From positions 13,827 through 77,826 of the forward strand of contig JBIOTW010000040.1 of the NCBI GenBank assembly GCA_044866355.1: a DNA stretch of 64,000 nt, given 5' to 3'. Within the stretch, counting starts at the first letter, position 1. Each line of letters starts with the position of its first letter. The translations under genes and the position numbers were made by a program. Below are positions 54,126-62,653 of this stretch, piece by piece. The DNA is from Candidatus Limnocylindria bacterium. Lineage in GTDB: Bacteria; Chloroflexota; Limnocylindria; QHBO01. Under the pieces are notes generated by a model. That model had not been told where the DNA came from and ran no database searches. It worked only from the letters and a program-made list of their open reading frames with translations.

Positions 54126-54626
54126 ATGCTGAACCGCGTCAGAAGGCCAGCTCTGCGCGGGACGCTGCTGGGCACGGTCCTGCGGTTCTTGAATCCAATC
54201 GTCCGAAGGCTGCTCGCATCTCCGCTTCACTGGCTGTTGAGCCGATGGCTCCTCCTGCTGAGTTGGGATAGCGCGGAAGCCGGTCGACGCCGGACCACGC
54301 CGCTCTCGTACGTGCGCGAAGGGGCGATCGTGTACCTGACCGGGGGAGACCGCTGGTCCCAGGACCTGGTGGGGGGAGCCGCCGTGGCAGTTCGCCTCCG
54401 CGGACGGTGGTCCGACGCGGATGCCGCGGTCGTGACCGACCGAGAAGAGTCCTCGGCGATACTCGGGCGCCTGTTCCGTGCCCATCCTTGGTTCCAGATC
54501 CTGTCTGGCATACCCAAGGCGCCGGGCAATGGGCGAGAAGGGGCGGATCCGGAGGCGCTGGAGCGCGCCCTCATGGCCGGACGCGTCCTCGTACGCGTGT
54601 CGCCGCGCTCGCGTCGACCGAGGTGA
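54126..54626 (+). CDS. DUF385 / nitroreductase-family deazaflavin (F420H2)-dependent oxidoreductase-like protein
   Basis: NPIVRRLLASPLHWLLSRWLLLLSWDSAEAGRRRTTPLSYVREGAIVYLTGG matches the DUF385 N-terminal consensus. Confidence 0.7.
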   Translation: MLNRVRRPALRGTLLGTVLRFLNPIVRRLLASPLHWLLSRWLLLLSWDSAEAGRRRTTPLSYVREGAIVYLTGGDRWSQDLVGGAAVAVRLRGRWSDADAAVVTDREESSAILGRLFRAHPWFQILSGIPKAPGNGREGADPEALERALMAGRVLVRVSPRSRRPR

Positions 54627-55327
54627 AACGCCAGGTCGGCGAGCTCGAGCTCCTGGACGGGCATCTGGATGACCCGGCCACACTCCGTGACAACCTCCGC
54701 GACCTTCGTCGAGCGAACCGATTTACCGGCGGGGCAGCCCTGTCGCGCAGGGCGATCGACGTGCTGATGCCGTCGGGAGCCGCGGTGACCCTGCTGGACG
54801 TGGGGACGGGCGCGGCCGACATCCCCGTGACGTTGCTGGCCGATGCTCGACGGCGCGGGAGGCAACTGGAAATCATGGCGGTCGACAGCCGGGCGGAGGT
54901 CCTGGACGCGGCGCGGGGGGCGACACCTGACTTGGATCGGGTCGCCGGGCTGAAGCTGGCGGTCGCCGACGGACGCGCCCTGCCCTATCCCGACTCGGCG
55001 TTCGACGTGGCGCACGCGTCGCTGGTCCTGCACCATCTGGAACCGCCCGATGCTGTCGCGTTCTTGAAGGAGCTCGGGCGTGTGGCAAGGCGGGGTGTCG
55101 TGGTGAACGACCTCTCCCGCCATTGGATCACGCTCGTGGGAGCCTGGCTGCTGTCGCGCGTGTGCACGCGGAATCGCTACAGCCGCCATGACGCGCCGCT
55201 TTCCGCCCGCCGGGCATACACCCAGGTTGAGCTGGCGGCGCTGCTGTTCAACGCCGGCCTGCGACCGATCTACATGACCCGCGGCCTTTTCGGCCATCGA
55301 TGGGCGATCGCCGCCGTGCACCGATGA
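54623..55327 (+). CDS. Class I SAM-dependent methyltransferase
   Basis: Motif I LLDVGTGAADI is present. The acidic loop MAVDSR is present. Motif II/III are present. GTG start overlaps the upstream stop. Confidence 0.75.
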   Translation: MKRQVGELELLDGHLDDPATLRDNLRDLRRANRFTGGAALSRRAIDVLMPSGAAVTLLDVGTGAADIPVTLLADARRRGRQLEIMAVDSRAEVLDAARGATPDLDRVAGLKLAVADGRALPYPDSAFDVAHASLVLHHLEPPDAVAFLKELGRVARRGVVVNDLSRHWITLVGAWLLSRVCTRNRYSRHDAPLSARRAYTQVELAALLFNAGLRPIYMTRGLFGHRWAIAAVHR

Positions 55328-56538
55328 TCTGGTCTGCCGATGTCGTGGTCGTGGGCGGCGGGCCGGCCGGTTCCGCGGTGGCCGCCCTGCTGGCCCGACG
55401 CGGCCGGGAAGTGATCCTGGTCGAGCGCTCACCGGTGTGGCGCTGGCGCGCCTGTGGCGTGTTCAGCTCACCCGCGGCAGTCGACGCCCTGCATCGCATC
55501 GGTTTGCCAGACGACGCGCTTGCGTCAGGGAGTCGGCCCATCCCGGCCATGCGCGTCGAGGCGGTCGGCGGGACGTCCTTCCGGCTTACGTACGGCGACA
55601 ACGGTCGCCTTTCGAAGTCCGCGGTGGGCTTCGATCGTCAGCTCCTCGACGAATCACTGTTGACGATGGCGCGGGCGGCAGGCGCCGACGTTCGGACCGG
55701 CGTAACGGTGAGCGGGGCTGACCTCGGGCCAACGCTGTCACGCGTGTTCGTGCGCGATGAGCGCGGCTCCGCGGAGCTCGTCGCACGGGTCGTCGTCGGG
55801 GCCGACGGCATCCGTTCAACGATCGCCCGCTGTGCGGACGTCGTACGCCCGGCGCGGCTGGGTGGCCGGATCGGTCTGACCTTCCACGTCGCTGATCCGC
55901 GACCTCCCGACGAACCCCGTGATGCACGCATGGTGGTGACGGATGACGCCTACTGCGGCGTGGCGTCGGTGCCCGGGAACAGGGTGAATGTCGGGATCGT
56001 GCTTGCGGGCCCGACGTGGCACAAACGGCTGGCCGCGGAGGGCGCGGCCGAGGTCGCGACCGCCATCCTGGCCGGCGTGCCAAGAGCCGACGACGATCCG
56101 GTCGACTGGACCGCCATGGAGCGCCTCGACGCGATCGAGGGGGCCGCGCCCTTGGCCCATCGCGTGGCGCACCGAGCGGGCGAAGGATGGGTCCTGGTGG
56201 GCGACGCAGCCGGATTCCTCGACCCGCTGACCGGTGAGGGCCTTCATCGCGCGCTGGTGTCGGCCGAGCTTGCTGCGGACGCGATTGACGCCCATCTCCG
56301 GGATGGCAGGCCCCTCACCGCTTACGAGCGGGCAATGGTCCGCCGGTTCCGGACCAAAGACCTTGTCACGTTGGTGATTCAGGCGTTCCTCGCTCGGCCT
56401 CCGCTGTTCGCCTACGCGGCGCGCCGCTTGGCGCGGCGCCCCGCACTCCGTGAGACCATGGGTCTCGTGATTGGTGACCTCGCTCCAGCCGGCCGCGCCC
56501 TGGATCCCACGTTCCTCGCTGGTCTCCTCCGGCCCTGA
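55324..56538 (+). CDS. Geranylgeranyl-reductase-family FAD-dependent oxidoreductase
   Basis: FAD Rossmann ADVVVVGGGPAGSAVAALLARRGREVILVER is present. C-terminal GDAAGFLDPLTGEGLHRALVSAELAA is typical of the GG-reductase/FixC/MenJ family. ATGA overlap with the methyltransferase. Confidence 0.75.
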   Translation: MIWSADVVVVGGGPAGSAVAALLARRGREVILVERSPVWRWRACGVFSSPAAVDALHRIGLPDDALASGSRPIPAMRVEAVGGTSFRLTYGDNGRLSKSAVGFDRQLLDESLLTMARAAGADVRTGVTVSGADLGPTLSRVFVRDERGSAELVARVVVGADGIRSTIARCADVVRPARLGGRIGLTFHVADPRPPDEPRDARMVVTDDAYCGVASVPGNRVNVGIVLAGPTWHKRLAAEGAAEVATAILAGVPRADDDPVDWTAMERLDAIEGAAPLAHRVAHRAGEGWVLVGDAAGFLDPLTGEGLHRALVSAELAADAIDAHLRDGRPLTAYERAMVRRFRTKDLVTLVIQAFLARPPLFAYAARRLARRPALRETMGLVIGDLAPAGRALDPTFLAGLLRP

Positions 56539-56566
56539 CCGATTCCCACCCCCCGCCGAGCTCCTC

Positions 56567-57049
56567 ATGCAATCGACCATCAGCATCGACGTTGCCGCCC
56601 CGGCCAATCTGGTCTTCCGCTTGGCCCGCGACCCACTCCGGTGGCCGCTGCTGCTCCCGCATTACACGCACGCCCGGGCCATCTCGCACAACGGTGGGTC
56701 GGTGGTGTCTGAGTTCGTGGCACGCCGCCCACTGGTCCCGGTCCTGGGGATTGGCATTCCGGTCGCCTGGCGCTCCAGGACCTGGGCTGAGCCGGAACGG
56801 CTGCGCCTCCACTTCCGCCACATCGGCGGCGCCACCGCTGGCATGGACGTCACCTGGCGCATCGAGCCATTGGACAGCGGGTGTCGGGTGACGATCGAGC
56901 ACGCCTTTGAGCCTCGGTTTCGACCCTGGGCGGCCCTGGTCGACCGAGCTTTCACGAGACCGATCGCCCGGCGAACCCTGCGCGGCTTCAAGTCCCTGGC
57001 CGAGGCCCTCGTGGACGAGGTTCCCGCAAACCTCACTCAGCGGTGGTGA
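56567..57049 (+). CDS. SRPBCC (START/Bet v1-like; polyketide cyclase / lipid-binding) family protein
   Basis: 160 aa. ISIDVAAPANLVFRLARDPLRWPLLLPHY...TWRIEPLDSGCRVTIEH is consistent with the SRPBCC fold. Confidence 0.65.
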   Translation: MQSTISIDVAAPANLVFRLARDPLRWPLLLPHYTHARAISHNGGSVVSEFVARRPLVPVLGIGIPVAWRSRTWAEPERLRLHFRHIGGATAGMDVTWRIEPLDSGCRVTIEHAFEPRFRPWAALVDRAFTRPIARRTLRGFKSLAEALVDEVPANLTQRW

Positions 57050-58317
57050 AGCCTCGCCCACGCCGGGTCTGGATCACCGGCATCGGGGTGGTGACGGCGT
57101 CGGGCACGGGAATCGAGGCTTTCCGCGCCGGCCTGCGTCGAGGTTCATCGCCGATTCGTGAGGTTGATCGGTTCGACCCCTCGGCCTTTCGGTCGCGCGT
57201 CGCGGCACAGGTCGACGACTTCGATCCGGCGACCTATATGGACCGCAAATCGGTCCATGCACTGGATCGGTTCAGCCAGTTTGGCGTCGCCGCGGGTCAG
57301 CTCGCGCTCGACGATGCCAGCCTCCGTCCCGGCGAGCCCGGCCATCCCGAGCCGGAACGGGTGGGGATCTTCCTCGGCAGCGCCCTGGGCGGCGTGGCGT
57401 TTGCCGAGGAACAGCACGAGCGCTACCTCGATCGCGGTATTCGGGCCGTGTCTCCCACTTTGGCGCTCGCCGTGTTCGGGGGCGCCGCGCCGGCCAACCT
57501 GGGCATCACGCTGGGCCTGCGCGGCCCCATCCTGTCGACGGCGAACTCCTGCGCCTCGGGTGCCGTGGCACTGGGCGAGGCGTTGGGCGCGCTTCGGGCG
57601 GGCGAGATCGATGCCGCCCTGGCCGGAGGCGTCGAATGCCCGCTGTCGCCCCTGTCGTTTGGGGCATTCGATCTGATTCGGGCCCTGGCCAGCACCCACA
57701 ATGACGATCCGCGGGAGGCGTGCCGTCCCTTTGACGCGGACCGCAGCGGCTTCGTTCTGGGAGAGGGCGCCGCGCTGCTGGTGCTCGAGGAGGCCGAGCG
57801 CGCTCAGCGCCGAGGCGCCACCGCCTACGCCGAGCTGCGGGGATATGGCGCCACCTCGGACGCCTATCACATGGTCCAGCCCCGCCCCGACGGCGCGGAG
57901 GCCGCGCGGGCCGTCCGTCTCGCACTGGCCGACGCCGGCGACGCACCGGAGGCAGTGGACTACGTGAATGCCCACGCAAGCTCCACTCCGCTGGGTGACG
58001 TGGCCGAGGCACGCGCCCTCGAGCGGGCGCTCGACGGCCGGACCGCCGACATCCCGGTTTCCGGCACGAAGGCGCTGTACGGACATCCGCTCGGCGCATC
58101 AGCCTCCATCGAGGCCGCGGTGGCGGCACTCACCATCCGCGATGGCTGGGCCCCGCCATCGGTCAATCTCGTCGAGCCGGACGCCGAGATTGGGAATCGC
58201 CTTCCCGGGCTGATCCGGGATCCCGGCGGGCGGGCGGGGACCTACGATCGGGTCCTGTCCACCTCGTTCGGCTTTGGCGGACTCAACGCGGCGCTCGTCC
58301 TCGGCGCTCCGGGCTGA
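57043..58317 (+). CDS. Beta-ketoacyl-[ACP] synthase (KAS II / FabF-like)
   Basis: VWITGIGVVTASGTG is present. Active-site Cys context ANSCASGAVALGEA is present. His-His motifs (HMVQP..., NAHASSTPLGD) are present. GFGGLNAALVLG tail is present. It overlaps the SRPBCC gene end. Confidence 0.88.
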   Translation: MVKPRPRRVWITGIGVVTASGTGIEAFRAGLRRGSSPIREVDRFDPSAFRSRVAAQVDDFDPATYMDRKSVHALDRFSQFGVAAGQLALDDASLRPGEPGHPEPERVGIFLGSALGGVAFAEEQHERYLDRGIRAVSPTLALAVFGGAAPANLGITLGLRGPILSTANSCASGAVALGEALGALRAGEIDAALAGGVECPLSPLSFGAFDLIRALASTHNDDPREACRPFDADRSGFVLGEGAALLVLEEAERAQRRGATAYAELRGYGATSDAYHMVQPRPDGAEAARAVRLALADAGDAPEAVDYVNAHASSTPLGDVAEARALERALDGRTADIPVSGTKALYGHPLGASASIEAAVAALTIRDGWAPPSVNLVEPDAEIGNRLPGLIRDPGGRAGTYDRVLSTSFGFGGLNAALVLGAPG

Positions 58318-58375
58318 AGGAGCGACTGCTCGCGGCTGCCGGGAAGTGACCATGGGGAGGATCTGGCCCGGGGCC

Positions 58376-58381
58376 TATAAT
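58376..58381 (+). promoter_or_regulatory. TATAAT -10 element 10 nt upstream of tRNA-Asn
   Basis: Read directly from the sequence. The spacing fits a tRNA promoter. Confidence 0.4.
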
Positions 58382-58391
58382 CGCCAGCCGT

Positions 58392-58466
58392 TCCGGCGTA
58401 GCTCAGTGGTAGAGCGGGCGGCTGTTAACCGCTTGGTCGTAGGTTCGAATCCTACCGCCGGAGCCA
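58392..58466 (+). tRNA. tRNA-Asn (anticodon GUU), CCA encoded
   Basis: Manual cloverleaf. The acceptor stem TCCGGCG/CGCCGGA pairs. The D-arm is GCTC-AGTGGTA-GAGC. The anticodon stem GGCGG/CCGCT has loop CTGTTAA. The T-arm is GTAGG-TTCGAAT-CCTAC. Discriminator G is followed by CCA. Confidence 0.9.
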
Positions 58467-58488
58467 CTCACGTACTGGGTTCGACCGG

Positions 58489-58609
58489 TTGACCCCCCTC
58501 GCTGGTCGTCATATTCCAGACGGCCACGGCCTTGAGCTCCCGGGGTCCTACCGATGAGTTGCCAGCGCGTGGATCGTCTAATCATCAGAACGTGCTGCAA
58601 GGAGTGACG
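58489..58609 (+). promoter_or_regulatory. Putative promoter (TTGACC-17-TATTCC) and canonical Shine-Dalgarno AAGGAG 9 nt before the ATG of the RibD_C gene
   Basis: Read directly from the sequence. AAGGAG is unusually canonical compared with the coupled GTG/ATGA junctions elsewhere in the window. Confidence 0.4.
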
Positions 58610-58613
58610 AACC

Positions 58614-59219
58614 ATGAAGCTGACCGCAACGATGATGCTGACCCTGGACGGCGTGTACCAGGGCCCCGGAGGCCCCGACGAGGACCGACGCGGCGGGTTC
58701 GACCGCGGCGGTTGGGTCGCGCCGTTCTTCGACGAGGAGGGCGGGCGGTTCGTGACCTCGGTGTTCGAGCGCGCCGATGCCCTGCTGCTCGGACGGCGGA
58801 CCTGGGAGATCTTCGAGGCGTACTGGCCGCATCACGACGAGGGCGATCCGGTCTCCCACGGCATCAACGTCCTGCCCAAGTACGTGCCCTCGACCACGCT
58901 CGCGGACCCGACGTGGCAGAACACCCACGTCATCGGGGGCGACGTCGAGGCGGCGGTCCGCGAGCTCAAGGCGAAGCCCGGGCGCGAGCTCCAGGTCCAT
59001 GGCAGCGGCGACCTGCTCCGCTGGCTGCTCGAGCGCGACCTCGTCGACGAACTCAACCTGGAGCTCTTCCCCGTCGTGGTGGGCGACGGGCTTCGGCTCT
59101 TCCCGGAGCGCGGCCAGACGCATGCCCTCACGCTGGTCGAGTCGCGGTCGACGCCGTCAGGCGTGACGCTCCAGACCTATCGACCGGCCGGCCGCGCGAC
59201 CTTTGGGACCGCCGGCTGA
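58614..59219 (+). CDS. Dihydrofolate-reductase-like (RibD C-terminal domain) family protein
   Basis: MKLTATMMLTLDGVYQGPGG...LLLGRRTWEIFEAYWP...LQVHGSGDLLRWLLERDLVDELNLELFPVVVGDGLRLFP matches the RibD_C/YwjB pattern. Confidence 0.8.
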   Translation: MKLTATMMLTLDGVYQGPGGPDEDRRGGFDRGGWVAPFFDEEGGRFVTSVFERADALLLGRRTWEIFEAYWPHHDEGDPVSHGINVLPKYVPSTTLADPTWQNTHVIGGDVEAAVRELKAKPGRELQVHGSGDLLRWLLERDLVDELNLELFPVVVGDGLRLFPERGQTHALTLVESRSTPSGVTLQTYRPAGRATFGTAG

Positions 59220-59328
59220 GGACGCCGCCCCTGCGGCTGGAGCGACTGGCCCGGTTTGTTCTCGCGGGCGCCCCGAACCTGGATGACGCCCCAGTCGGGT
59301 GCGTCGCTACCACTCACGCGCGGAGCGG

Positions 59329-59772
59329 TCAGGCAGTTGCCTCCTGGGCGACCTTTCCCTGCTGCAGGATCCGGATGGGGTTGCCGAAGGGGTCGCGGAC
59401 ACCCATGTCGGTGCCGTAGAAGTGGTCGGTGGGCTCCTGGGTGAAGTCGGTGACGCCACGAGACTTGAGGGTCTCGTACAGGCCCCGGGCGTCGTCCGTG
59501 ATGAAGACGAGCCCGCCCAGGGCGCCCTTGGTGATCAGCTCGCGGAGCTGCGCAGCGGTCGCTTCGTCGTGCAGCGGCGGGCCGGGCTGCTCGAGGGAGA
59601 CCTCGATCTCCGGGTTGCCGGGAACGCGCACCGTCAGCCAGCGGTAGTCACCCTGCCGGACGTCGTTGCCCTTCTCGAGCCCCAGCTTGTTGACGTAGAA
59701 GTCGAGCGCCTCCTCCTTGTCGAGGACATAGATGGAGGCGACGTTCAGCCTGTTGATCATGGCGATCCTCAC
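59329..59772 (-). CDS. VOC-family (glyoxalase / bleomycin-resistance fold) protein
   Basis: LNVASIYVLDKEEALDFYVNKLGLEK...GLVFITDDARGLYETLKSRGVT...DPFGNPIRILQ has the paired beta-alpha-beta-beta-beta VOC pattern. Confidence 0.75.
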   Translation of the reverse strand: MRIAMINRLNVASIYVLDKEEALDFYVNKLGLEKGNDVRQGDYRWLTVRVPGNPEIEVSLEQPGPPLHDEATAAQLRELITKGALGGLVFITDDARGLYETLKSRGVTDFTQEPTDHFYGTDMGVRDPFGNPIRILQQGKVAQEATA

Positions 59773-59802
59773 TTGTGCGAGTGATTGGGGTTGGTCCTGA
59801 TC

Positions 59803-60255
59803 CTAGGGCGCTGCCGCACCGGCGGCTTCTCCAAAACTGCTCGATTGCATCGCCATCCTCGCGGCCACCCGCGGGCGCATGGCCGCCAGCTGGACGCAGT
59901 GGGGCGCCACGATCGGTCCATGCCCCGTGCGGTAGCGCGACGGGGTCTCGCCGACGATCTCGCGGAACGTGCGACTGAAGGTGCCCAGGCTGGAGAAGCC
60001 GACGTCCAAGCAGATGTCGGTGACGCTCCGGTCGCTCTCGCGCAGCAGGAACATCGAGCGCTCCACCCGCCGCCGCTGCAGGTACCGATGCGGCGTCTCC
60101 CCGAAGACGGAGCGGAAGCTGCGGATGAAGTGCGCCTCGGAGACATGCGCCACCGCTGCCACGGCGCGGACGTCGAGCGGCTCGGCATAGGAGCGGTCCA
60201 TGGCGTCGCGGGCGCGCAGCAGTCGCCGGTTGAACTCCTCGACTTCCCGGCTCAT
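59803..60255 (-). CDS. AraC-family transcriptional regulator (HTH_18 DNA-binding domain)
   Basis: VAAVAHVSEAHFIRSFRSVFGETPHRYLQRRRVERSMFLLRESDRSVTDICLDVGFSSLGTFSRTFREIVGETPSRY is the AraC dual-HTH signature. Start chosen at an internal Met to avoid overlap with the downstream gene. Confidence 0.8.
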   Translation of the reverse strand: MSREVEEFNRRLLRARDAMDRSYAEPLDVRAVAAVAHVSEAHFIRSFRSVFGETPHRYLQRRRVERSMFLLRESDRSVTDICLDVGFSSLGTFSRTFREIVGETPSRYRTGHGPIVAPHCVQLAAMRPRVAARMAMQSSSFGEAAGAAAP

Positions 60256-60301
60256 GGTGCAAACGCTACGCCATCGTGGGGGAGCCTGTGCTGGTCCCCA
60301 T

Positions 60302-61240
60302 TCATGGACAACCTCGCTGGGGACGACTCCCACGGAGTTGGGGCGAGCCCGTGGTGAAATCGCCATCGGTCAATCCCTGGCGATCGGCCAGGCGCCCGAA
60401 CTCGAGGTCGACCGAGAAGGGGAGCGAGTCCCGCGGGTTGAGCACGGTCAGCGCACCAGGCTCGTGGTTCAGCAGCCGACGGAGACCGTGCGGCGCGTGG
60501 GTCTGCGGCTCGACCGCGATGGCGTCCAGCCAGGCTGGGCTGGCGGCGACGATGAAGGCGGTTTCGGCGGCCACGTGCATCGTGGCTGATACGCCCAGGT
60601 TGGGCCAGGCCAGCTCGACGGGTGGCGTGCCAACCGCCATCCACGTCGCATCCAGACCGTCCGGCATCGGCCCCAGCTCGCGCAGGTCGAATGGGCCGGC
60701 AACTGGTTCGGGCTCCGCGTCGGAGTCCGTGTTTCGAGGATAGACGGCCGCCGCGCGAATCCGGATCTCTGCTGGCCGCATGAACCACGGGTGGATCCCG
60801 ATCCCGGCCGGCATCGGTTCCGCCGAGAGGTTGGTCATGGTGTGGTCGAGTCGAAGCGTGTGGCCGATGATCTCGGTGCGCTGCGTGACCTCGTATTCCC
60901 AGGGCCAGCCGTCACCACCAGCCTGGACTCGCAGCGTGCCGTCGGGTTGACGGTCCCAGGGCAGCCCGTAGACCTGGCCGTGGATCGCGGTGCCATCCGG
61001 AAAGTTCGCGTCCAACTGGACCTCCTGCGAGCCGAACCGAGTCGTCCCGGCCTGGATCCGGTTGCACCAGGGGGCCATCACGAACGATCCCCAGAAGAAT
61101 GGCTCACGCCCATAGGCGCCCAGGTCGCCGGGCGTGCGCAGCAGGTCCTGGCCAAAGACTCGGAGCCGATGGAGCCGCGCTCCGAGCTCCGGCAGGAACT
61201 CGGCCTCGACCGATTCGCTGGCGACGGTGAGCCGATCCAT
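60302..61240 (-). CDS. Aldose 1-epimerase (galactose mutarotase-like) family protein
   Basis: 312-aa C-terminal part of the 689-aa track ORF. Motifs GIHPWF, HGQVYGLPW and a beta-sandwich pattern are present. ATG at 61240 lies 21 nt after the upstream gene's stop. Confidence 0.55.
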   Translation of the reverse strand: MDRLTVASESVEAEFLPELGARLHRLRVFGQDLLRTPGDLGAYGREPFFWGSFVMAPWCNRIQAGTTRFGSQEVQLDANFPDGTAIHGQVYGLPWDRQPDGTLRVQAGGDGWPWEYEVTQRTEIIGHTLRLDHTMTNLSAEPMPAGIGIHPWFMRPAEIRIRAAAVYPRNTDSDAEPEPVAGPFDLRELGPMPDGLDATWMAVGTPPVELAWPNLGVSATMHVAAETAFIVAASPAWLDAIAVEPQTHAPHGLRRLLNHEPGALTVLNPRDSLPFSVDLEFGRLADRQGLTDGDFTTGSPQLRGSRPQRGCP

Positions 61241-61260
61241 CGCTGCGGGCCGACCGCCCG

Positions 61261-62646
61261 CTAGGCCGCCATCGTCAGGACGCGGTCCGGCCGCAGCAGG
61301 AATGGAGGCAGGTAGGCGGGGATGTTCGAGAAGGGCAGGACGTCGGGGTGGAGATCGATGCCAAGCGCCTCCGCCATGAATCGGCGGCGCGCCTGGATCC
61401 GCGCCCATGCCGCCGGGTAGCCGTGCGCAAACGCGTCCCGGAGGGGCTGGTCGGCGAGAGCGACGCCGTCTTCCATGTTGGTCGTGAAGTACGGGGTCCC
61501 GGTGGCCGGGATGATGTCCACCTGGAGGGCCATGCCGGAGCGCAGCTCGACGTCCGAGCCGCGCGAGATCGGCGAGTTCACCCACTCGTCGAGGTGGATC
61601 TGGTGTCCTGGGTTGAGCGAGATTCCAAAGAAGGGGTCGCCCAAGTGGCGATCGATGATCTCCTGGAGCACCCGTCCTGGCTGACCGATGCGCAGCGCCC
61701 CGTACCACTCGGCCACCGCGGTGAAGTACGGCCCCACCAGGCGCTCGACGTAGTCCTGGATTTCCCCCGGCAGCGCGGACGCGTCCTCGACCACGAATCC
61801 CGCGCGACAGTTGAGCGCACCCCAGATCCCGAAGGCCACCGTGAACGGGTCGCCGCGATCGATGGGTCGCTCGGTCGGGCTCAACAGGCCGAACCTGGCA
61901 CGGGGACCGCTGGACAGCATGAGATGGCAGGACAGCGGGGTGCCGTTCCAGTCGAGGAGCCGGACCGCTTCGCGCTCCGTCATGCCGGGTCGCAGGCCAA
62001 ACAAGAGGTTCCGCACGCCGTTGGACGTCTGGCACGCAGCGTGCTCGAACGCCGCCAGCTGCTCGACTTCGTTGATGACGCGGAGCCCGTGCCCTGGGTG
62101 GATGAGGAGCTCGACGGCGTTCCGGACGTCGCCGCTGGACCCGGTGAGGCGTCGCAGGTCGTCCACGATGAAGGCCGGCGCCTCGAGGCGGTCGGCGTCC
62201 GCGTATGACTTCCAGCCGATGACGCCCACCCGCACACCGGCTTGGATGCCCTCCTCGGCGAGGATCTCGCGGAGGGATCGGGATGCGTCGCGGGGTTGCG
62301 ATGGCAGGCTCAAATCCTGGAACAGGTGGCGCCGCATCGGCAGGGGAGCAGCGCCGGCCAGGCCGTAGCACTCGTTGCCGACCAGGATGGCAGGTATCTC
62401 GGTCGGGCCCACGACCAGGATGGCCTCCTCGAAGCGGGGATCGAAGCCGGTCAGGTAGGCCAGGTTGGCGCTGTGCTCGCGGTCGGCGTAGATGACCAGC
62501 CGATCCAGGTCGCGCTCCTCCATGCCGGCCCGCAGGCGGTCCAGCCGCGCGCGATAGATCCCTTCGGGAAGGATCGGCGGCGGGTCGGGCACCTCGTAAT
62601 CGGGGAGCGCGATCTCCGCCAGCCGAGCCATCGAGGTGATGGTCAT
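61261..62646 (-). CDS. M24-family (creatinase/prolidase-like) metallopeptidase-fold protein
   Basis: The N-terminal region is creatinase/prolidase-N-like (RLVIYADREHSANLAYLTGF). The C-terminal half is pita-bread-like. Assignment is tentative. Confidence 0.5.
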   Translation of the reverse strand: MTITSMARLAEIALPDYEVPDPPPILPEGIYRARLDRLRAGMEERDLDRLVIYADREHSANLAYLTGFDPRFEEAILVVGPTEIPAILVGNECYGLAGAAPLPMRRHLFQDLSLPSQPRDASRSLREILAEEGIQAGVRVGVIGWKSYADADRLEAPAFIVDDLRRLTGSSGDVRNAVELLIHPGHGLRVINEVEQLAAFEHAACQTSNGVRNLLFGLRPGMTEREAVRLLDWNGTPLSCHLMLSSGPRARFGLLSPTERPIDRGDPFTVAFGIWGALNCRAGFVVEDASALPGEIQDYVERLVGPYFTAVAEWYGALRIGQPGRVLQEIIDRHLGDPFFGISLNPGHQIHLDEWVNSPISRGSDVELRSGMALQVDIIPATGTPYFTTNMEDGVALADQPLRDAFAHGYPAAWARIQARRRFMAEALGIDLHPDVLPFSNIPAYLPPFLLRPDRVLTMAA

Positions 62647-62653
62647 CGCCGCT

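Noticed and set aside
58467-59330. Possible att direct repeat of the tRNA-Asn 3' end (ccactcacg at 58464 and about 59312) marking an integrated element
   Set aside because: Only a 9-nt match, expected by chance in several kb. No integrase, excisionase or compositional break was seen.
58532-59419. 295-aa plus-strand ORF overlapping the RibD_C gene in another frame
   Set aside because: Arg/Pro/Gly-rich product with no motif. The overlapping RibD_C frame has a clear family signature and an SD.
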